Source: Octopus sinensis (Eukaryota). From it: 64,000 nucleotides of DNA. How positions within the stretch are numbered: position 1 is the stretch's first letter; each line of letters starts with the position of its first letter. Under the pieces are notes generated by a model. That model worked only from the letters and a program-made list of their open reading frames with translations. It did not search any database and had not been told where the DNA came from. Made by a program: the position numbers and the translations under genes. Below, piece by piece: positions 25,900 to 38,550 of this stretch. Location: the NCBI RefSeq assembly GCF_006345805.1, contig NC_043008.1, positions 70,494,001-70,558,000 on the forward strand, in the 5' to 3' direction.

Positions 25900-26595
25900 T
25901 CTTTGAATGATATAATCCTTCTAAAAATGTGATTGTCACTGATTAGATTTATCATTAATTTTAGTAATATATTCGTCTTTCTCCAAGAATATGAATATAG
26001 GATTTTGGTCACTCTTACAAATATTGATTTTGTTAGTTTTTAAACCATGCACGTTGAATATTTGTTTATGAACTGAGTGGATATCTATTTATATTATGTC
26101 CACCTTAGAGGAAGTCATGACGTTTATTGTCTAGGTTTATAAGAAAGTTATGAGAAATTAACGTAGGCTTTATAAAAACTCTTTAGTTAACTTCAACTCT
26201 CGGAACAACACAATTCCACCAGTAATAAAATGACATCATTTCCAGACATAAACATTCGCTAGAAAATAACGGATGTGTCATGTCTATTTACGCCAAAGAC
26301 ACAAATAAATGCTTTGAATTCGTTATTGAATTTGATCTTATGTATGCGTCGCCGTCGCATGCCAGAAAATAGTTTTTACACAGTTTATATATAATCATAG
26401 ACTGGCAATTCGATTCGTCCCTGGATCCATTCAGGTGATGTAGATAAGCTACAAAAAATGAGGAAATGTTGGTATTCATCACTCCTGGATTTGATTGGAG
26501 GCGAGTTGCCTCGCCTGTCTATGACTTCCAGGTGTTTTGATACCCAGCATTATGAAGCAGTCGTCGCATATATATACATACACGTACACACACAC

Positions 26596-26628
<33 letters not shown>

Positions 26629-26651
26629 CATAATAATCCATGGATGCATTA

Positions 26652-26732
<81 letters not shown>

Positions 26733-27450
26733 CATATATATAGCAAAGAAGGGCTGAGGTTCCCTACAACTGTTTCAGACGTGTTTTTCTTATTTATTTA
26801 CATTATTTACATTTGACGGATATTTTCCTCATCTTGTTTGTTGTTAACACACTGTTTCGGCTGATATACCTTCCAGCCTTCATGAGGTGTTTTGGGGAAA
26901 TTTCGAACCTGGGAAATTTCAAACTCCTGGGAAATTTCGAACTTGGGGAAATTCCTCATCTCTTAAATTCCTCATCTCTTAAATATAGAACTGTGTTTTT
27001 TATTGATGAACAAATCAATTACATCATGTAAAAAAAAAAAAAACTTTCTTCAGGTGAATGAAAATAAAAAAGAATTTTACATTTAGGATTTTTATACAGA
27101 TAATATAGGATGCATATAAACTATCTTATCTCGGTGTCGGTATCTCTCATCTGCATGCCGGAGTATACTCTTCTGTGATTTTACGTATACGTTGGATATA
27201 TTTGGTCGATACTCGTGCAGGTTATCGTAACTTAAAGGACAAATCTGTATTTACTTTAGTAAGTACATGAGTGTCCGCATACGCTGCTGAAATACAGGTA
27301 TGCTGTCCTCAACTCAGTTTTGGTGTCTTTGTTATTAAAATACATCGATCCTATTGCATCCTTAAAATAATAATTATAAAAAGTTTAAATAATGGTTTGA
27401 GTTGATTGTCTAGAGAACTGTATTCTGATATTTAGGTTGAGTAGACGATT
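25900..27450 (-). mobile_element. Decayed LINE RT remnant, interrupted by microsatellite and PLE pieces (26460-26990)
   Basis: AYADT near 27280 and AYIRSNSI near 26340, similar to the 7740 motif. Confidence 0.35.
26846..26891 (-). ncRNA. Degenerate type I hammerhead in a PLE-type repeat
   Basis: aacac-CTCATGA-a-ggctg-gaaggtatat-cagcc-GAAAC-agt-gtgtt; perfect 5-bp stems I and II, core G5 changed to C. Confidence 0.6.
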
Positions 27451-28179
27451 ACATTTTAAACTTAATGAAATAAATAAGGACAACTGGAAATAGTTGTTAA
27501 TATGTAAGAACATTCGTTCTTTCAAATCCCACCGGGGTCGACTTAGTCTTTCATCTTTGCAGAGCCAATAAAATAAGTACTTACTCCAAAATTACTGCCC
27601 TTGTGCCAAAATTTGAAAGCAATATGTAGGAACATTCTTAAATTAATAACTATTAAAGGATTAAATCAAGAACAATTCTTAGGTTCACATAGAATAATGG
27701 TGTAAGTTCTGTGAATATAGTTCTAATGAATATGTGAAGAATGATGAAAGCCTTTTATCAATTATAAGGTAGATAATGAATGACGAAAAATTATCTCGAA
27801 AATAATCTTTAGTCAATATATAAGAACAAACTCAAGTTTTAATTATTAATATTTAAGATCAGGGAAAATTCTTAAGTCCACACCTAATAAACGAAGAAAG
27901 AAGTCTTAGGGGTATATCACATAGGTATATGTGTATGTTTGTTTGTGTGTGTGTGTGTGTGTGTGTGCGCGTGCGCACGTACGTTTGCGTATGTGTTTGC
28001 GCATGCACACATACAAATATCTGTTCAAACGACATGTGCAGAACATGTAACATACATTTATCTGCATGCAAAAATGTGTGGTGTTTATATGTTTTCATTG
28101 TCATATGTATAAAACCCAACTCAGCAAAGAAGGCAGCTATTGTTAATGGAGTTTTAGTTTCGATGAACAAATAATCCTG

Positions 28180-28340
28180 AAAATCTTAGTTAATAACATT
28201 AGTAAGCATATAACCAGCTTATCCTCTGACGAGAAATCCTTTAGCCGTGCGGCTCATCGTTATAATGGCGCATTAAATGATAATGGCATCAAAAATAGAA
28301 TGCGTTACATACAGAACAACGCTAATATTCATAAACGCAG
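28180..28340 (+). mobile_element. Penelope-like RT-thumb fragment
   Basis: LSSDEKSFSRAAHRYNGALNDNGIKNRMRY resembles the end of ORF 6268-6756. Confidence 0.45.
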
Positions 28341-28934
28341 GAATATTAAAGAACAATACAAAAACCTTGCAAAACAAACGTTGAGATAAACCTCACAAAA
28401 GACTGAATGCTTGCTCTTATGTTGCTAGGATTTTACAAGACTCTCTATATTAGAATTTCTCTGTGCGTCATAAATATTACAAGGTCTTTAATAGAAATAG
28501 TGCTTAGGTGAGCTACAGTTGCACTAAAAACTTACCTGCTGCTGAGTCTCTTTTGAACATATTTGAAACGCCCATATTCATCCATAATATTCAACTAGCT
28601 TCTCCACTCTCAGGTTTCGCTCCTTGTCTCAACTTATAACAATTTTTTGTCTTTTATATCGAGCTAGAAATTACTTATTGAACTGGACCATGTAAAATCC
28701 TTTACTTCATTGACAGGAAATTCTTTCAGTCGGACACATTTAAGATAAACAGCAAACCAACAAAATAAAATGGTCAATAAAATGGCAGTTACTTATTTCT
28801 CAGTGGAGCATAAATAAATAGAGTATAAAATATGAATTTAAGAAAAGAAAATTATTTTCCATAGTAATATGAGTGCAGTGAAAGGAAGAGAAGGGAAGTT
28901 GCTTTTGTATATAGAAGAAACCACAAGTTCAGAC

Positions 28935-28991
<57 letters not shown>

Positions 28992-28992
<1 letters not shown>

Positions 28993-29289
28993 CCACTGTG
29001 ATCGACCAGGCTATCAGATGTTGCTACACATCGCTGGTTACAATGCGCTTCGCATTGTTTTAGCCTTCGAATGACGCCACCCCGCCGGCTAAGCGAGCAG
29101 GCCATCAGAAGAAAGAGTGAGAGAAAGTTATGGCGAAAGAGTACAGCAGGGATCGCCCACCCCCCTGCCGGAACCTCGTGGAGCTTTAGGTGTTTTCGCT
29201 CAATAAACACTCACAACGCCCCTCAAGGAATCGAAACCGCGATCCTACGACCGATAGTCCGCTGTCCTAACCACTGGGCCATTACGCCT

Positions 29290-29292
<3 letters not shown>
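28992..29292 (-). mobile_element. SINE with family B head and a different 3' module
   Basis: 29100-29292 matches the family B head; 28992-29100 does not match the family B tail. Confidence 0.85.
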
Positions 29293-29336
<44 letters not shown>

Positions 29337-29371
29337 CATATATATATATATTTATAATTTATCTTTTATCC

Positions 29372-29655
29372 TTTGATTGTTTCAGCCATTAGTCTGTGGC
29401 CATGCTGGGGCACTGCCTTGACGAATTTTAATCAAACTAATCGACCCCAGTACATTTTAAGCCTGATACTTAGTCTAGCGGACTCTTTTTGCCGAGCCAC
29501 TAAGTCAAAAACACCAACACTGGTTGTCAAGAGGTCCACGCGCAAGGCTTTGGTTGGCGCGCGGCTATGGTAGAAGACCTTGTCCAAGGCGCCACGCAGT
29601 GATAGTGGGCCTGGAACCATGTGGTTGGGAGGCGAAAGTCTTACCATACAGCCGC
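29372..29655 (-). mobile_element. SINE family A, internally deleted
   Basis: Tail (gtttcagccattagtctgtggccatgctgggg) joined to head (ggctatggtagaagaccttgtccaagg). Confidence 0.8.
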
Positions 29656-29716
<61 letters not shown>

Positions 29717-29737
29717 CATATCACGAGCAAAGACGCT

Positions 29738-30258
29738 AGTTCTGAAATCTCTAAACAAGATATAAGTAGTAACAATACTCGACGGATTTCGTTTTTTTGC
29801 CACTACAATATGGCTGTTCTACAAAGAACTGTGTTACTACAGTTTAACCTCAAGAAAGTATCTTTTCCAGCTGGTTAACGACATACAAACTGTGTCCGAT
29901 ATATTGTGAGTAAGGGGGCGAATCACTCCCCTCCAGCTTGTCAAGACCATAGTTTTTGAATCTTTACCTTTCTTCGGTACTGGATGCCTGCCTGTTAGAG
30001 ATGGCAGCCAATCGTCCCTACTCACGATATATAAACAGAGGAGCGGCAGACAGCCGCTAATCTCGTAACCCGCGAACTTGCTAGTTCTAAACATCTCTAA
30101 ACGAGATATAAGTAGAAACAATACCAGACGATAACGTCTTTTTTTCTTTTTGCCACTATAACATGGCTGTTCTATAAAGAACAATGTTTCTACAGCTAGG
30201 GTTAAAATGTAGTAACATAGTTCTTTATTGAACAGCCATGTTGTAGTGGCAAAAAACG
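29738..30258. mobile_element. Foldback/MITE-like element: direct repeat plus 47-bp inverted repeat
   Basis: 29738-29850 repeated at 30081-30200; arms 30148-30194 and 30208-30254 match at 43/47. Confidence 0.75.
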
Positions 30259-30269
30259 TTAATACATAT

Positions 30270-30300
<31 letters not shown>

Positions 30301-30341
30301 GATATATACATACATGTACGTGCGTGCGTCCATGCGTGCGT

Positions 30342-30386
<45 letters not shown>

Positions 30387-30924
30387 CGTTCTCGGTAACA
30401 AGGTTGTGAAGGAAAGAATCTTCTTATAACCATCATTCCTTAAATCTTAACAAGGTCTTGCAGATTTTTATAGTCCCATATATGAATTAAGGATTTGCTT
30501 TATCTCCCCCAAGATACCAAGTTTAGCTATACTTTGCTGTTTCCGTTGGCGTTTCTGGGGCGATTTTTCATCTCACTCTGATATTTATTGTTTTTTTTAC
30601 AAAGAACGTCCATAAGAGATGTTATTTCAGGACAAATCAGACATCCCTAGCCTATAAACGGTGTACATACATTAAGTATGATACATAGAAGGATATTTTA
30701 ACTTAATACTACCTCAATTACCAATACGGCATTTTATTCCGTCGGGCAGCTATTTGTAACATCAAGGAATACTTTATTCAGTGTTTTCTATACTTGAAAC
30801 GATGATTTCTCATACAAGCATGCGACTGGCTGCGAGTAAACGTCGTTCTTCCTGGTCGCTCGTGGGGTGATTTCTTTAGTCTCCCTTTGATATTTATTCT
30901 GTTTAAACACAGCAGGTCTATATA

Positions 30925-30956
<32 letters not shown>

Positions 30957-30957
30957 G

Positions 30958-31977
30958 ACTGCAAGAACTCAAAAACACCCTAATTGACAGACATTACCCA
31001 GCTCAACTCATAGAGGATGGGATCAGACGTGCAACAGAAATCAACATAGAAACTTTAAGAAAAGTTCAACACAACAACACACCTTCCCCGAAAATACTAC
31101 ATACAACCTCAGAAACAAAGAAGCCTTCACCATCATCACCCAGAATTTACCAATACTTCATAAGGACCCCAAATTAAAGGAAATTCTAAACATACACCAA
31201 ATCATTAAAAGCTACAAACAACCTAAATCACTTAAAAAGTTTCTCACAAAGGCAAAATTGTTTTCTGAAATTACGGATGCAAAAGTAAAAAAATGTGGTA
31301 GACCGAACTGTGCAACATGTCCAAACCTGCTAGAAGGATCAGAATTCCTCTTCAAAGAGGGACAGAAATTCAAGACCAAATCTAATTTTACTTGTGCCTC
31401 TGAAAACATAATTTATGTCATAAAATGCTCGGGCTGCCACCAAGACTACGTGGGGTCCACGGGACTATTACTCAGACGTAGATGCACACTGCATCGACAA
31501 CAGATTGCATTCCCAGAATACAGAATGATACCCTTTAGTGAGCACATTGAGAAATGCGCAAAGCAACTACTACCACCATTTTTAATCTTTCCATTTTACC
31601 AATGTGCTATCGGAACACCAACACAAATTAGACTAAACAAGGAAACATTCTTCATTGAAAAATGCAAGCCCAAACTTAACCATTCCAACATACTTTTACA
31701 GAGAAATTCACTCCAAAAGAAAGGTAAAAAAAATTTAAGCGATTATCTCCCTTACACCGGAAGAAATCACTTATTACCTCCCCTTATCTGGAACTCTTCT
31801 CAACATAAACATAACGATGTAAGAAATTTGAAAAGCTGAACGCGAAACCGGTCATTTCTTCTAAACTATGTCATTGTAAGAAAAAAATTTATAACATTCT
31901 TCAGACATATTGACTCAAATATATATTTTTTAACCTTTTAAAACAAGCCTTCTGTAGTTTTTTCACTTTTTACTATT

Positions 31978-31980
<3 letters not shown>
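30958..31980 (+). mobile_element. Penelope-like (Neptune-type) 3' fragment with GIY-YIG endonuclease, flanked by (TA)n
   Basis: Thumb/linker in broken frames, then the endonuclease ORF; (TA)n at 30918-30957 and 31980-32019. Confidence 0.85.
31258..31839 (+). pseudogene. GIY-YIG endonuclease domain of a PLE ORF
   Basis: KCGRPNCATC...FTCASENIIYVIKCSGCHQDYVGSTGLLLRRRCTLHRQQI...EHIEKC...E.FFI..KPKLN. Confidence 0.85.
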
Positions 31981-32022
<42 letters not shown>

Positions 32023-33135
32023 AATCATAAGAATAGGGATTCAAAGAATCAAACAGTGCTCGGAGTACACCTCTCCACCTGGTTAGTATATATTTATCGA
32101 GAAAGCTTGTGGTTAAGGCTAGGGTGACGCTCAGAAAATCCAGGAATCGCAATGAGGGAGAGTAAGTGCAAAAATTGACAAGATAAGAGAATTGATGTTT
32201 ATGCCATTAGTTCACAATTGTTTCGTAATTTGTGTTAGTTATGTAATTGACACTACACTGTCCGCCACACATATATAAATGAATATACTTATGTATGTAT
32301 GTTTAATACACCCACAAATATAATGGTGCTGTAACATAACGAACAAACTACACTTTAGAATATTTCATGCTATAAATAGCAAATAATTTCATCATATAGT
32401 TACAGACAATAAATATATTCTACAGAGTTCATTCTTTACAAATACTAGAATTACCATTTATGAAGTGCATTAATGAAGCGATAACAATAGATAAATACGA
32501 ATTCAGAAAAAGAATTCAACAAAATAAAGTAAATACAATAAAATAGAAACACTAAAATATAAAATAAGAAAGATTAAGTTTATCGTAAAGATTTGCTTCT
32601 AAAGATTTGGCTGACCATCCCGTAGTATTTATACGCAACCCCCTCCCGCCCCTATAATGAAAAATAGAGAATAAGATAAATAAATAAAAATAAAGGAATG
32701 AAATGTATGGAGAAAATGAAGGAAAACAAGTAGCGGTTTAAATTTCGTGATAGGAGGACAGGTTTGTGAAAGACAATGTGTTTGTTTTAGTAGAGGTATT
32801 TAGGTGCACTGCAAAGCAGCTTAAACTTTTGGAATTTCACACACGGCTGATTGAGAAGGACAGAAATGTCACTCCAAGACAATTGGTAACGACACCAGCA
32901 TACGCTCACATACACATCATATGCTTATTTTCAGGCACATTCATATACATGGCGTCATATACACACGCTCTCACGTACACCATTTCTAGCACACAAATGT
33001 TTATTTAAAATAGTAATTTCATCAATCTATACCATTATTTTCGAACATATACACACATACAAATTTTACGTATTTATAAGCATACATATACAGACGAAAG
33101 GTACTACGCACACACACACTCACACACACACACAC

Positions 33136-33560
33136 ATTAGAATGAAAGATGCGGGAGCAGAGGGCTAGAATATTCTTAAGTATTGAACCTGACCTGGAAA
33201 ATTACAAGACAAGTAGTAATTTAGTCTGGAATAGTACAGGGAAGGAGAAGAAAAAAATATTACTACTGAAATTAGAATTTGCTAAGAAAATTTCTGAAAT
33301 TGCACATCGTTTGTGTGTGTGTCTGCGTTGTGTCTACATTGCCTGAAAAAAGTGGACTAGAATGAAAAATGTGGGTCAGAGAGCTAGAATATTCTGAAGT
33401 ACTTGACCTGGGAAAGTACAGGAGATGCAGTACTTAAACCCGAAAAAGTACAGGACAAGAAGTCAAAGAACTTATATAAAAAATATTACCTTAAAATTTT
33501 AAAAACTTTGCAATAAGAAGCAAATATTTAAAAAAACCCGAAAAAGTGCACGCACAGTTT
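33136..33560 (+). repeat. Two diverged direct repeats, about 220 bp period
   Basis: tagaatgaaagatgcgggagcagagggctagaatattcttaagta vs tagaatgaaaaatgtgggtcagagagctagaatattctgaagta. Confidence 0.7.
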
Positions 33561-34726
33561 GATGAACAATTTCAGAAATAATTTTTGATCTAAATTTTAC
33601 CAAACATCTTCAGCTTCATTTTCCTCTGCTTTTGTTTGGTTACTAGGTACATATCTGGTTAATATCGTACTGTTTTTTTTTTTTTTTTACAGTGTACTGA
33701 CAGACAACATATTAAAAGCAGTAAAGGAAATCATTGATAAATTCCTCAGATGATTGTCTTTGAAGTTGATAGAGCTTTTTAACATCTTTTCGTTTCATCT
33801 TGATTTGACACTTTCTGGACCAGTGAAGATATTGAACCTTCCTTCAGCCTTAGGAAAAATGGACATTTTTTTGACCACATGTTTTTCTTATTCATAAATT
33901 CTCCAGAGAGTTTTGCTGCATAGATGCATTTGAAAACGACTGAACAAATTGTAAAGAGTGGGGTTGGATATTGAGCATGACAGTCTGCAAGTAACATATT
34001 GCTCTGTAAATTTTTGAATTTTTTCCTGGAGTGTATGAACATAACTAAAATAAGTTTAAACCCAGGGATTAATAATATTAATAAAATTAATTGAAGAATA
34101 TATATTAATTTATGGACATTTAATTAATTTTATATTTTTACATATAATGTAGTTTTAAATTGTTGAGAATTTAGAATTTTCCCCGTAAATGGTATATTAC
34201 GTCACGTTTATTTGATTATTTTTAGTTTATCGTTAAATGCATATATCGATTTATTCATTTATTGTATATTTATTGTTTAAGTCACGTTTAACGAGATAGG
34301 TTCTTTTACAACGCTAGATTGTAAGTTTAAACTTTCAAATTTCTTTTAGCTGGTTTTCATCAATAAAATAAGTTATGTTTTTGCTTTACATTAATATTGT
34401 TAAGCTTTATTGAATTATTTACTGCTAATATGCATGTATTTATATATTTATTGTTTTATTATAATATCTTTATTTATGTAATTTTTTGGACCAGAAGAGT
34501 GGCTATTTATTCTTAAATTGAATTATTATTAACGTTAATAATATTAACTTTTAATATTATGAAACGCGCGTAGTCAATTTAATGTTTGATTTGTTATGAA
34601 ATTTTTAGAATAATAATTATAAGATATTTAATCAATTTCTATGTGATTATTATAGATATCTTTTCACTATTGCTGGAATAACTAAATAGCTGTTTGTCTC
34701 TCAATTCTAAATATGCATATATATAT

Positions 34727-34778
<52 letters not shown>

Positions 34779-34875
34779 TAAAAACGCTAAGATAACAAAA
34801 GAAAGAGACCTCAATATTATGTAAATAGAGGAAATTTATCTGTAAATTATTATGTGACTATTATACAATAGCCAA

Positions 34876-34936
34876 GATAAAACTCTGAGTTTCGGATGCC
34901 GAAGTGGAAATCCACAACGCCATCTCTTCGGTTATC
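34876..34936 (-). ncRNA. Type I hammerhead motif, U4-to-C variant, in a PLE-type repeat (about 34775-34960)
   Basis: gataa-CCGAAGA-gatg.cg..gtgga-tt-tccac..cg.catc-c-GAAAC-tcag-aGTT-ttatc; flanks homologous to 14313-14440. Confidence 0.65.
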
Positions 34937-35629
34937 TGGCCATCTGAAAAACGCTATGAAAAAATACCGTTATATAAAGGGAAATTACAGTGTTATAATT
35001 CCGCTACTTATATAAATTAAGATTAAAAGTTCATAGTAAACACGTAAGCATGGCCACTCATACGCTCACATGTGCGCTCGCGCACCCACGTGCGTACTTA
35101 TACGTCACTATGAAAACGTACACATCTTCACTCGCATTTTCGCCAAATGTATACGCATATATATACAAACTCATACACACACACGCGTACCATAAAAGTT
35201 CATATATACGTTCAAGAAAGACATGGTTAAAGGTAAATGTAACAATACAGAAAAAAACAATACAGAAAAAAACAAGGAAGTATACAAAGCGTAAAAACCA
35301 CGTTCATATACGGACATGCCCTTATGCACGAATTACACACACACGGTCATATATGTACATACCCGCACATGTTTATATACGCATACACAAAAAAGGATTA
35401 TACATACGCCCCCCCCCCCCCCCCCAAAAAAAAACCCCGAAAAAATTGTAAACATACTAAGTAAAAACGTCTATATATGTATTCTTATGCCCGCACACAT
35501 CTATATACATACACATCCGCCCACTCATACATATTCACACACGTGTACAAATGAATCTAAATACACGTCTATATAGGCACAGGAAAAAATGCAGGATGGA
35601 AGAGTACATCAGCCTGGCTAAAAGGGCGC

Positions 35630-35679
35630 ATTTATTATTATTATTATTATCATTCTTCTTTCTTCTTCTTCTTCTTCTT

Positions 35680-35756
<77 letters not shown>
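35630..35756. repeat. (TTA)n(TTC)n(TTA)n trinucleotide compound repeat
   Basis: Direct reading. Confidence 0.95.
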
Positions 35757-35758
<2 letters not shown>

Positions 35759-35779
35759 TTAATATTTATTATTTTTGAA

Positions 35780-36058
35780 ACCTGGTACTTATTCTATTGC
35801 ATTCTTTTTGCCGAACCGCTAAGTTACAGGGACGTAAACAACCCCAACAACAGTTATCAAGTGGTGATCACACACACACACACCACACACACACACATGG
35901 TAGGCTTCTTTCATTTTCCGTCAACAAAATCAACTCGCAAAGCTGTGGTAAATCCGAGGCTATAGTAGAAGACACTTATCCAAGGTGTCAGGCTGTGGGA
36001 CTGAACCTGGAACCATGTGCTTGGAAAGCAAACTTCTTACCACACATCCACGCCTGTG
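35780..36058 (-). mobile_element. SINE family A
   Basis: gccgaaccgctaagttac...gaggctatagtagaagacac...gggactgaacctggaacc. Confidence 0.85.
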
Positions 36059-36164
36059 GTAACAGCACACAAACAAATAAAATATGCCAAAACTTTGTAG
36101 AATCAAATACTTGTGTAACACCACCTAACAAAAAGTTAAACAATTAAGATGAAATAAAATTATC

Positions 36165-36360
36165 CTTTCTACCAATAGGCACATGACCTGAAATTTTGAA
36201 GAAGGCGCCTGTCGCTTGAATTGATCCAAGTACTCAAAAGGTACTTTATCGATCTTGAAAGGATGAAAAGCAAAGTTGACCTTGGCGTTGAACTGGAGTT
36301 GAACTGAGAACGTAAAGAGACAAAGGAAATGTCGCTAAGAATTTCGTCCGACTCACTCAG
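36165..36360 (-). mobile_element. SINE family D monomer, degenerate
   Basis: gaaaggatgaaaagcaaagttgacc body; tttctaccaataggcac tail. Confidence 0.7.
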
Positions 36361-36417
36361 CTAACCACTAGACCACGCTAACTATCCTAACCACTAGACC
36401 ACGCTTCTCGATAACTT

Positions 36418-36620
36418 GGTTCCGAGTTCAGTCCCACTGCATGGACCGAAGAGAGTTACGTGCTCGACAAGGAGCGATAGTTTTATTTTGAGGACGTAAC
36501 TCTCCTCAGGCCGGAGCTATGGTAGCAGACACCTGTCCCATGTGCCATGCAGTGGGACTGAACCTGAAACCATGAGATTGGGAAGCAAACGTCTTACTAA
36601 ACAGTTTATATTGTTTAGCT
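36418..36620. mobile_element. Inverted SINE A fragments forming a foldback
   Basis: 36418-36444 vs 36545-36571 inverted (24/27); inner 11-bp perfect inverted repeat. Confidence 0.8.
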
Positions 36621-36699
36621 AAGACGAACAGAACTTAATATGAGTGTGCGTTTGTGTGTGTGTGTGTGTGTGTGTGTGAGTATGTATATATATAGAGAG

Positions 36700-36900
36700 A
36701 ATTCTTTTATTTGTTTCAGTCGTTTGACTGCGGTCACGCTGGAGCACCGTCTTTAGTCGAACATATCGATCTCAGGACTTATTTCTAGTAAGCTTAGTAC
36801 TTATTCTATCAGTCACTTTTGCCGAACCGCTAAGTTACGGGGGTGTAAACACACCAACATCGGTTGTCAAGTGATGATGGGGAGACAAACACACACACAC
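36700..36900 (-). mobile_element. SINE family A 3' half
   Basis: ttgtttcagtcgtttgactgcggtcacgctggagcaccg. Confidence 0.85.
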
Positions 36901-37576
36901 ATACAGGGTGGCTCAAAAGTAGGTTTACAGTTATTACGTAGGCACTTAAAATTTCTTTTAAAACGTTTTATTAAATTAAAAGTTTTATGTTACAATTATA
37001 TGGTTATGCACATCTGAAACAGACAGGGTTTAATCTCTCAGATGCTTAAAATGTCCTCCTTCAACATCGTAACGTTATTCAAACCTCTTCAAAACTCTCT
37101 GACACTCAGTGCAGCACAAATTCCGATTTCTGTCAATTTCAATGAAAGCGTCAGAAATGTAATCTTTTAATCTTTTTACTGTTTTGGGATTCTTCTCATA
37201 AACCTTATTCATTACAACACCCTCAAAAAAGAAATCCATTGGTGTCAGGTCAGGTGAACGTGGTGGCCATTCGATGCTGCCCCGTCTTCCAAACCAACGC
37301 TGTAGAAAGGTAGTCTCTTACTGTCAACGCATAATGGGGAGGTGCTTCATTTTGCTGAAAGAAAAGTTCATCAAAGTTAGCTTTGGTTCTGAGTTGTGGT
37401 ACTACCATGTCACGAAGCATTTTCAAGTAGTTCTCTCCATTTACAACTCTATCAAAGAAAACGGATCCGATAACACCTTCGCTTGAGAGTGCACCCCTGA
37501 CTGTAACGCTAGGCTGGTTCAGTTGAGACCCTATAGTCAAATGGGGATTTTCATCAGCCCAGTACGTGTAGTTATG

Positions 37577-37967
37577 GGTGGAAGCACTCCGTCGGTTACG
37601 ACGACGAGGGTTCCGGTTGATCCGATCAACGGAACAGCCTGCTCGTGAAATTAACGTGTAAGTGGCTGAGCATTCCACAGACACGTGTACCCTTAACGTA
37701 GTTCTCGGGGATATTCAGCGTGACACAGAGAGTGACAAAGCCGGCCCTTTGAAATACAGGTACAACAGAAACAGGAAGTAAGAGCGAGAGAAAGTTGAAG
37801 TTGTAGTGAAAGAGTACAGCAGGGATCACCACCATCTCTGCCGGAGCCTCATGGAGCTTTAGGTGTTTTCGCTCAATAAACACTCACAACGCCCGGTCTG
37901 GGAATCGAAACCGCGATCCTACGACCGCGAGTCCGCTGCCCTAACCACTGGGCCATTGCGCCTCCAC
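37577..37967 (-). mobile_element. SINE family B, full length, 11-bp TSD
   Basis: gtgtagttatg (37566-37576) and gtgcagttatg (37970-37980); splits the transposase at HNC/YT. Confidence 0.93.
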
Positions 37968-38550
37968 TTGTGCAGTTATGACTGCTTACATGACTGGATA
38001 ATTTGAAGCAAGCCTCATCTGACCAGATGATCTTATCCAAATAGTATGGTTGCTCATTAGCAATTTGGTCACACATCCCGCAGAATTGCAGCCGGGGATC
38101 TGGGTCGTCCTCTAAAAGACCATGTACCAGTCGTGGACAGAAAGGTTTTTATTTTCAGTTTATGCATTAGGCATGCAATGATGTTCTTGGTATGGATAAT
38201 TCCAGAGAAGCATGTCGTGTGGACCTCTTTAGACTGTTCACAAATGTCATAGCCAGTAACATTTCATTTTTTTCAATCCCAGAAGTCTTAGGGCGTCCAG
38301 ATTTTGGTGCCTTATTCAATGAACCTGTGGTATCAAATTTATTTCTCATCCGATAAATTGTCTGGCGTGAAGTTGGAGCGAGTGTGAAAGGCTTTTTGCC
38401 ATGTTGTGCTTTAGTATCCACTTTCTTTACTCTTGATTTAAATTGTTTGCCATGGCTCACACTTTACAATACCTGTAAAAAAAAACCCAAAACCAAAAAA
38501 ACAAACAAACCCAAAACAAAACAAAAAAACAGACAAACAAGCACATTATA

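Noticed and set aside
28224-28260. CTGACGAG motif
   Set aside because: No paired stem II or GAAA; it lies inside a PLE coding remnant.
30195-30207. TAGGGT as an interstitial telomere
   Set aside because: Only one unit; noted under the hairpin finding instead.
37890-37967. tRNA-like sequences with A and B boxes (also 9620-9690, 22050-22131, 29215-29292, 55354-55430)
   Set aside because: Each continues into a shared SINE body and lacks a clean cloverleaf, so they are SINE heads rather than tRNA genes.
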